DNA of 64,000 nt from Escherichia phage BEU44, in sequence record OM632670.1; one strand, given 5' to 3'. Every line of letters begins with the position of its first letter. The first letter of the stretch is position 1. Position numbers and translations under genes: made by a program. This document shows, piece after piece, positions 57,842-64,000 of this stretch. Under the pieces are notes generated by a model, which searched no databases, was not told where the DNA came from, and saw nothing but the letters and a program-made list of their open reading frames with translations.

Positions 57842-60800
57842 ATGTCAGTATTTGATAGACTGGCTGGGTTCGCAGACAGCGTAACCAATGCAAAGCAAGT
57901 TGACGTCTCTACTGCAACCGCCCAGAAGAAAGCTGAACAAGGTGTCACTACTCCTCTTGTTTCTCCTGATGCTGCTTATCAAATGCAAGCTGCCCGTACT
58001 GGTAATGTTGGGGCTAATGCATTTGAACCAGGGACAGTGCAATCAGATTTCATGAATCTGACTCCAATGCAAATCATGAATAAGTATGGGGTTGAGCAAG
58101 GCTTACAACTTATCAACGCTCGTGCTGATGCAGGGAACCAGGTATTCAATGATTCAGTTACTACAAGAACTCCTGGGGAAGAACTGGGGGATATTGCTAC
58201 TGGTGTTGGTCTTGGTTTTGTTAATACCCTTGGGGGCATTGGTGCTCTTGGGGCAGGCTTACTCAACGATGACGCAGGTGCTGTTGTTGCTCAACAATTG
58301 AGTAAGTTTAATGATGCTGTCCATGCTACCCAAAGCCAAGCATTACAAGATAAACGTAAGCTCTTCGCTGCTCGTAACTTAATGAGTGAGGTAGAGAGTG
58401 AACGTCAGTATCAAACAGATAAGAAAGAAGGCACTAATGACATAGTAGCTTCCTTATCTAAATTTGGACGTGATTTTGTAGGTTCAATTGAGAATGCTGC
58501 TCAAACTGACTCTATTATTTCTGATGGGTTAGCAGAAGGGGTAGGTTCTCTATTAGGTGCTGGTCCTGTATTAAAGGGTGCATCTTTACTGGGTAAAGCA
58601 GTTGTTCCAGCAAATACTCTTCGTAGTGCTGCATTGGCTGGTGCTATTGATGCAGGTACTGGTACTCAGTCCCTGGCTCGTATTGCTTCTACTGTAGGCA
58701 GAGCTGCACCAGGTATGGTTGGTGTTGGTGTAATGGAAGCTGGTGGTGCATACCAACAAACTGCTGATGAAATTATGAAGATGAGTCTTAAAGACTTAGA
58801 GAAGTCTCCTGTTTATCAGCAACATATTAAAGATGGTATGTCTCCAGAACAGGCTCGTCGTCAGACTGCATCTGAAACTGGTCTTACTGCTGCTGCTATT
58901 CAATTACCTATTGCTGCTGCAACTGGTCCTCTGGTATCTCGTTTTGAGATGGCTCCTTTCCGTGCTGGTTCTTTAGGTGCTGTAGGTATGAACCTTGCCC
59001 GTGAAACAGTGGAAGAAGGTGTTCAGGGTGCTACAGGCCAACTGGCTCAGAATATTGCACAGCAACAAAACATTGATAAGAACCAAGACTTGCTTAAAGG
59101 TGTCGGTACACAAGCTGGTTTAGGTGCTCTTTATGGCTTTGGTTCTGCTGGTGTTGTACAGGCTCCGGCTGGTGCTGCTCGTTTAGCAGGTGCTGCAACT
59201 GCTCCTGTATTGCGTACCACAATGGCTGGTGTTAAAGCTGCTGGTAGTGTAGCAGGTAAGGTTGTTTCCCCTATTAAGAACACTTTGGTAGCTCGTGGTG
59301 AGCGGGTTATGAAGCAGAATGAAGAAGCATCTCCTGTTGCTGATGACTATGTTGCACAGGCAGCACAAGAAGCTATGGCTCAAGCACCAGAAGCAGAAGT
59401 TACTATTCGTGATGCTGTTGAAGCAACTGATGCTACTCCGGAACAGAAAGTTGCAGCACACCAGTATGTTTCTGACTTAATGAATGCTACTCGTTTTAAT
59501 CCTGAAAATTATCAGGAAGCACCAGAGCATATTCGTAATGCTGTAGCTGGTTCTACTGACCAAGTACAGGTTATTCAAAAGTTAGCAGACCTAGTTAACA
59601 CATTAGATGAATCTAATCCTCAAGCACTGATGGAAGCTGCATCTTATATGTATGATGCTGTTTCAGAGTTTGAGCAATTCATTAACCGTGACCCTGCTGC
59701 ACTGGATAGCATTCCTAAAGATTCTCCGGCTATTGAGTTACTCAATCGTTATACAAATCTGACAGCTAATATTCAGAACACACCAAAAGTAATTGGTGCA
59801 CTGAATGTTATTAATCGAATGATTAATGAATCTGCCCAGAATGGTTCTTTGGATGTGACTGAAGAATCCAGTCCACAGGAAATGCAGAACGTAGCATTAG
59901 CTGCTGAAGTAGCTCCTGAAAAGCTCAATCCAGAATCTGTAAATGTTGTTCTTAAACATGCTGCTGATGGTCGTATTAAACTGAATAATCGCCAAATTGC
60001 TGCCCTTCAGAATGCTGCTGCAATCCTGAAGGGGGCACGGGAATATGATGCAGAAGCTGCCCGTCTTGGATTACGTCCTCAAGACATTGTGAGTAAACAG
60101 ATTAAAACGGATGAGAGCAGAACTCAGGAAGGACAATACTCTGCGTTGCAACATGCGAATAGGATTCGGTCTGCGTATAACTCTGGTAATTTCGAGTTGG
60201 CCTCCGCTTACCTGAACGACTTTATGCAGTTCGCCCAGCACATGCAGAATAAGGTTGGAGCGTTGAATGAGCATCTTGTTACGGGGGATGCGGATAAGAA
60301 TAAGTCTGTCCACTACCAAGCTCTTACTGCTGACAGAGAATGGGTTCGTAGCCGTACCGGATTGGGGGTCAATCCCTATGACACTAAGTCGGTTAAATTT
60401 GCCCAGCAAGTTGCTCTTGAAGCGAAAACGGTAGCGGATATTGCTAATGCCCTCGCTTCGGCTTACCCGGAACTGAAGGTCAGTCATATAAAAGTTACTC
60501 CATTGGATTCACGTCTTAACGCTCCTGCTGCTGAGGTGGTCAAGGCATTCCGTCAAGGCAATCGAGACGTTGCTTCTTCTCAACCGAAAGCTGACTCCGT
60601 GAATCAGGTTAAAGAAACTCCTGTTACAAAACAGGAACCAGTTACATCTACTGTACAGACTAAGACTCCTGTTAGTGAATCTGTTAAAACAGAACCTACT
60701 ACTAAAGAGTCTAGCCCACAGGCTATAAAAGAACCTGTGAACCAGTCTGAAAAACAGGATGTTAACCTTACTAATGAGGACACCATCAAGCAACCTACTG

Positions 60801-63800
60801 AATCTGTTAAAGAAACTGAAACTTCTGCAAAAGAAAGCACAGTTACAGAAGAATTAAGAGAAGGTATCGATGCTGTTTACCCCTCATTGGTAGGTACTGC
60901 TGATTCTAAAGCAGAGGGTATTAAGAACTATTTCAAATTGTCCTTTACCTTACCGGAAGAACAGAAATCCCGTACTGTTGGTTCAGAAGCACCTCTAAAA
61001 GATGTAGCTCAAGCTCTGTCTTCCCGTGCTCGTTATGAACTCTTTACTGAGAAAGAAGTTGCTAATCCTGCTTTTAATGGGGAAGTTATTAAGCGATACA
61101 AAGAACTCATGGAACATGGGGAAGGTATTGCTGATATTCTTCGTTCCCGTCTGGCTAAGTTCCTTAACACTAAGGATGTTGGTAAACGTTTTGCTCAGGG
61201 TACAGAAGCCAACCGTTGGGTAGGCGGTAAGTTACTTAACATCGTTGAACAGGATGGGGATACCTTTAAGTACAATGAGCAATTGCTACAGACTGCTGTA
61301 TTAGCAGGTCTTCAGTGGAGACTTACTGCTACCAGCAATACTGCTATCAAAGATGCAAAAGATGTTGCTGCTATTACTGGTATTGACCAAGCTCTGCTGC
61401 CAGAAGGTTTAGTAGAGCAATTTGATACTGGTATGACACTCACTGAAGCAGTTAGTTCCCTGGCTCAGAAAATTGAGTCTTACTGGGGATTATCTCGTAA
61501 TCCAAATGCTCCATTGGGCTATACCAAAGGTATCCCTACAGCAATGGCTGCGGAAATTCTGGCTGCATTTGTAGAGTCTACTGATGTTGTAGAGAACATC
61601 GTGGATATGTCAGAAATTGACCCAGATAATAAGAAGACTATTGGTCTGTACACCATTACTGAACTGGATTCCTTCGACCCAATTAATAGCTTCCCTACTG
61701 CTATTGAAGAAGCTGTTTTAGTGAATCCTACAGAGAAGATGTTCTTTGGTGATGATATTCCTCCTGTAGCTAATACTCAGCTTCGTAATCCTGCTGTTCG
61801 TAATACTCCAGAACAGAAGGCTGCATTGAAAGCAGAGCAGGCTACAGAGTTCTATGTACACACTCCAATGGTTCAATTCTACGAGACGTTAGGTAAAGAC
61901 CGTATTCTCGAACTGATGGGTGCTGGTACTCTGAATAAAGAGTTACTTAATGATAATCATGCTAAATCTCTGGAAGGTAAGAACCGTTCAGTAGAGGACT
62001 CTTACAACCAACTGTTTTCCGTCATTGAGCAGGTAAGAGCACAGAGTGAAGACATCTCTACTGTGCCTATTCACTATGCATATAATATGACCCGTGTTGG
62101 TCGTATGCAGATGTTAGGTAAATACAATCCTCAATCAGCCAAACTGGTTCGTGAGGCTATCCTACCTACTAAAGCTACTTTGGATTTATCGAACCAGAAC
62201 AATGAAGACTTCTCTGCATTCCAGTTAGGTCTGGCTCAGGCATTGGACATTAAAGTCCATACTATGACTCGTGAGGTTATGTCTGACGAGTTGACTAAAT
62301 TACTGGAAGGTAATCTGAAACCAGCCATTGATATGATGGTTGAGTTTAATACCACTGGTTCCTTACCAGAAAATGCAGTTGGTGTTCTGAATACAGCATT
62401 AGGGGATAGGAAGTCATTCGTAGCATTGATGGCTCTTATGGAGTATTCCCGTTACTTAGTAGCAGAGGATAAATCTGCATTTGTAACCCCACTGTATGTA
62501 GAAGCAGATGGTGTTACTAATGGTCCAATCAATGCCATGATGCTAATGACAGGTGGCCTGTTTACCCCTGACTGGATTCGTAACATTGCCAAAGGTGGCT
62601 TGTTCATTGGTTCTCCAAATAAGACCATGAATGAGCATCGTTCTACTGCTGACAATAATGATTTATATCAAGCATCCACTAATGCTTTGATGGAATCGTT
62701 GGGTAAGTTACGTAGTAACTACGCTTCTAATATGCCTATTCAGTCCCAGATAGACAGTCTTCTTTCTCTGATGGATTTGTTCTTACCGGATATTAATCTC
62801 GGTGAGAATGGTGCTTTAGAACTTAAACGTGGTATTGCTAAGAACCCACTGACTATTACCATCTATGGTTCTGGTGCTCGTGGTATTGCAGGTAAGCTGG
62901 TTAGTTCTGTTACTGATGCCATCTATGAGCGTATGTCCGATGTGCTGAAAGCTCGTGCTAAAGACCCAAATATTTCTGCTGCTATGGCAATGTTTGGTAA
63001 GCAAGCTGCTTCAGAAGCACATGCTGAAGAACTTCTTGCTCGTTTCCTGAAAGATATGGAAACACTGACTTCTACCGTTCCTGTTAAACGTAAAGGTGTA
63101 CTGGAACTACAATCCACAGGTGCAGGAGCCAAAGGGAAAATCAATCCTAAGACCTATACCATTAAGGGTGAGCAACTGAAGGCACTTCAGGAAAATATGC
63201 TGCACTTCTTTGTAGAACCACTACGTAATGGTATTACTCAGACTGTGGGTGAAAGTCTGGTGTACTCCACTGAACAATTACAGAAAGCTACTCAGATTCA
63301 ATCTGTAGTGCTGGAAGATATGTTCAAACAGCGAGTACAGGAGAAACTGACAGAGAAGGCTAAAGACCCGACATGGAAGAAAGGCGATTTCCTTACTCAG
63401 AAAGAACTGAATGATATTCAGGCTTCTCTGAATAACTTAGCTCCTATGATTGAGACTGGTTCTCAGACTTTCTACATTGCTGGCTCAGAAAATGCAGAAG
63501 TAGCAAATCAGGTATTAGCTACTAACCTTGATGACCGTATGCGTGTACCAATGAGTATCTATGCCCCAGCACAGGCTGGTGTAGCAGGTATTCCATTTAT
63601 GACTATTGGTACTGGTGACGGCATGATGATGCAAACTCTTTCCACTATGAAAGGTGCACCAAAGAATACCCTCAAAATCTTTGATGGTATGAACATTGGT
63701 TTGAATGACATCACTGATGCTAGTCGTAAGGCTAATGAAGCTGTTTACACTTCTTGGCAGGGTAACCCTATTAAGAATGTTTACGAATCATATGCTAAGT

Positions 63801-64000
63801 TCATGAAAAATGTAGATTTCAGCAAGTTGTCCCCTGAAGCATTGGAAGCAATTGGTAAATCTGCTCTGGAATATGACCAACGTGAGAATGCTACTGTAGA
63901 TGATATTGCTAATGCTGCATCTCTGATTGAACGTAACTTACGTAATATTGCACTGGGTGTAGATATTCGCCATAAGGTACTGGATAAGGTAAATCTGTCC
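57842..64000 (+). CDS. virion-encapsidated giant RNA polymerase, N-terminal 2053 codons (3' end outside window)
   Basis: ATG at 57842 with AGGAAA SD; single open frame to window end; YVEADGVTNG with Asp at codon 1556 and KIFDGMNIG with Asp at codon 1948, the positions I recall for N4 vRNAP catalytic aspartates. Confidence 0.7.
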   Translation, partial: MSVFDRLAGFADSVTNAKQVDVSTATAQKKAEQGVTTPLVSPDAAYQMQAARTGNVGANAFEPGTVQSDFMNLTPMQIMNKYGVEQGLQLINARADAGNQVFNDSVTTRTPGEELGDIATGVGLGFVNTLGGIGALGAGLLNDDAGAVVAQQLSKFNDAVHATQSQALQDKRKLFAARNLMSEVESERQYQTDKKEGTNDIVASLSKFGRDFVGSIENAAQTDSIISDGLAEGVGSLLGAGPVLKGASLLGKAVVPANTLRSAALAGAIDAGTGTQSLARIASTVGRAAPGMVGVGVMEAGGAYQQTADEIMKMSLKDLEKSPVYQQHIKDGMSPEQARRQTASETGLTAAAIQLPIAAATGPLVSRFEMAPFRAGSLGAVGMNLARETVEEGVQGATGQLAQNIAQQQNIDKNQDLLKGVGTQAGLGALYGFGSAGVVQAPAGAARLAGAATAPVLRTTMAGVKAAGSVAGKVVSPIKNTLVARGERVMKQNEEASPVADDYVAQAAQEAMAQAPEAEVTIRDAVEATDATPEQKVAAHQYVSDLMNATRFNPENYQEAPEHIRNAVAGSTDQVQVIQKLADLVNTLDESNPQALMEAASYMYDAVSEFEQFINRDPAALDSIPKDSPAIELLNRYTNLTANIQNTPKVIGALNVINRMINESAQNGSLDVTEESSPQEMQNVALAAEVAPEKLNPESVNVVLKHAADGRIKLNNRQIAALQNAAAILKGAREYDAEAARLGLRPQDIVSKQIKTDESRTQEGQYSALQHANRIRSAYNSGNFELASAYLNDFMQFAQHMQNKVGALNEHLVTGDADKNKSVHYQALTADREWVRSRTGLGVNPYDTKSVKFAQQVALEAKTVADIANALASAYPELKVSHIKVTPLDSRLNAPAAEVVKAFRQGNRDVASSQPKADSVNQVKETPVTKQEPVTSTVQTKTPVSESVKTEPTTKESSPQAIKEPVNQSEKQDVNLTNEDTIKQPTESVKETETSAKESTVTEELREGIDAVYPSLVGTADSKAEGIKNYFKLSFTLPEEQKSRTVGSEAPLKDVAQALSSRARYELFTEKEVANPAFNGEVIKRYKELMEHGEGIADILRSRLAKFLNTKDVGKRFAQGTEANRWVGGKLLNIVEQDGDTFKYNEQLLQTAVLAGLQWRLTATSNTAIKDAKDVAAITGIDQALLPEGLVEQFDTGMTLTEAVSSLAQKIESYWGLSRNPNAPLGYTKGIPTAMAAEILAAFVESTDVVENIVDMSEIDPDNKKTIGLYTITELDSFDPINSFPTAIEEAVLVNPTEKMFFGDDIPPVANTQLRNPAVRNTPEQKAALKAEQATEFYVHTPMVQFYETLGKDRILELMGAGTLNKELLNDNHAKSLEGKNRSVEDSYNQLFSVIEQVRAQSEDISTVPIHYAYNMTRVGRMQMLGKYNPQSAKLVREAILPTKATLDLSNQNNEDFSAFQLGLAQALDIKVHTMTREVMSDELTKLLEGNLKPAIDMMVEFNTTGSLPENAVGVLNTALGDRKSFVALMALMEYSRYLVAEDKSAFVTPLYVEADGVTNGPINAMMLMTGGLFTPDWIRNIAKGGLFIGSPNKTMNEHRSTADNNDLYQASTNALMESLGKLRSNYASNMPIQSQIDSLLSLMDLFLPDINLGENGALELKRGIAKNPLTITIYGSGARGIAGKLVSSVTDAIYERMSDVLKARAKDPNISAAMAMFGKQAASEAHAEELLARFLKDMETLTSTVPVKRKGVLELQSTGAGAKGKINPKTYTIKGEQLKALQENMLHFFVEPLRNGITQTVGESLVYSTEQLQKATQIQSVVLEDMFKQRVQEKLTEKAKDPTWKKGDFLTQKELNDIQASLNNLAPMIETGSQTFYIAGSENAEVANQVLATNLDDRMRVPMSIYAPAQAGVAGIPFMTIGTGDGMMMQTLSTMKGAPKNTLKIFDGMNIGLNDITDASRKANEAVYTSWQGNPIKNVYESYAKFMKNVDFSKLSPEALEAIGKSALEYDQRENATVDDIANAASLIERNLRNIALGVDIRHKVLDKVNLS

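Noticed and set aside
59183-60840. Minus-strand ORFs of 78-138 aa inside the vRNAP gene
   Set aside because: Low-complexity translations antisense to a continuous 2053-codon frame.

Overview
The window reads as most of an N4-like podovirus (Schitoviridae) genome, circularly permuted across the genome ends. The minus strand from 1 to about 33.8 kb carries the early and middle genes in N4 order: rIIA-like, RuvC-like, SSB, replication proteins, a family A DNA polymerase, SF1 helicase, ThyX, dCTP deaminase, MoxR-like AAA ATPase with a VWA/metallopeptidase partner, an SPFH lipoprotein, an Ig-like protein, a two-subunit T7-like RNA polymerase, and 14 small early ORFs. The plus strand from about 34 kb carries the late genes: terminase, large structural proteins, a holin/GH108 endolysin/Rz-Rz1 lysis cassette, portal, major capsid protein, internal virion proteins, and the first 2053 codons of a giant virion RNA polymerase that runs off the window end. 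The main findings are: (1) the DNA polymerase gene is split between motif A and motif B by an HNH homing-endonuclease ORF in a third frame; (2) three hairpin promoters of the N4 virion-RNAP type (CCA[A/T]AAG plus a 5-7 bp stem with a 3-nt G[G/A]A loop) sit upstream of early genes and of the RNAPII genes; (3) many intrinsic terminators punctuate the early genes; (4) three small ORFs lie below the ORF-track cutoff; (5) a G-rich, ORF-free 300-bp region is a candidate for the physical genome end. Many longest-ORF starts in the supplied track are TTG/GTG extensions; starts were moved to ATG codons with Shine-Dalgarno support where I checked them. All functional calls rest on motifs read by eye, gene order and recollection of N4; no database search was run.
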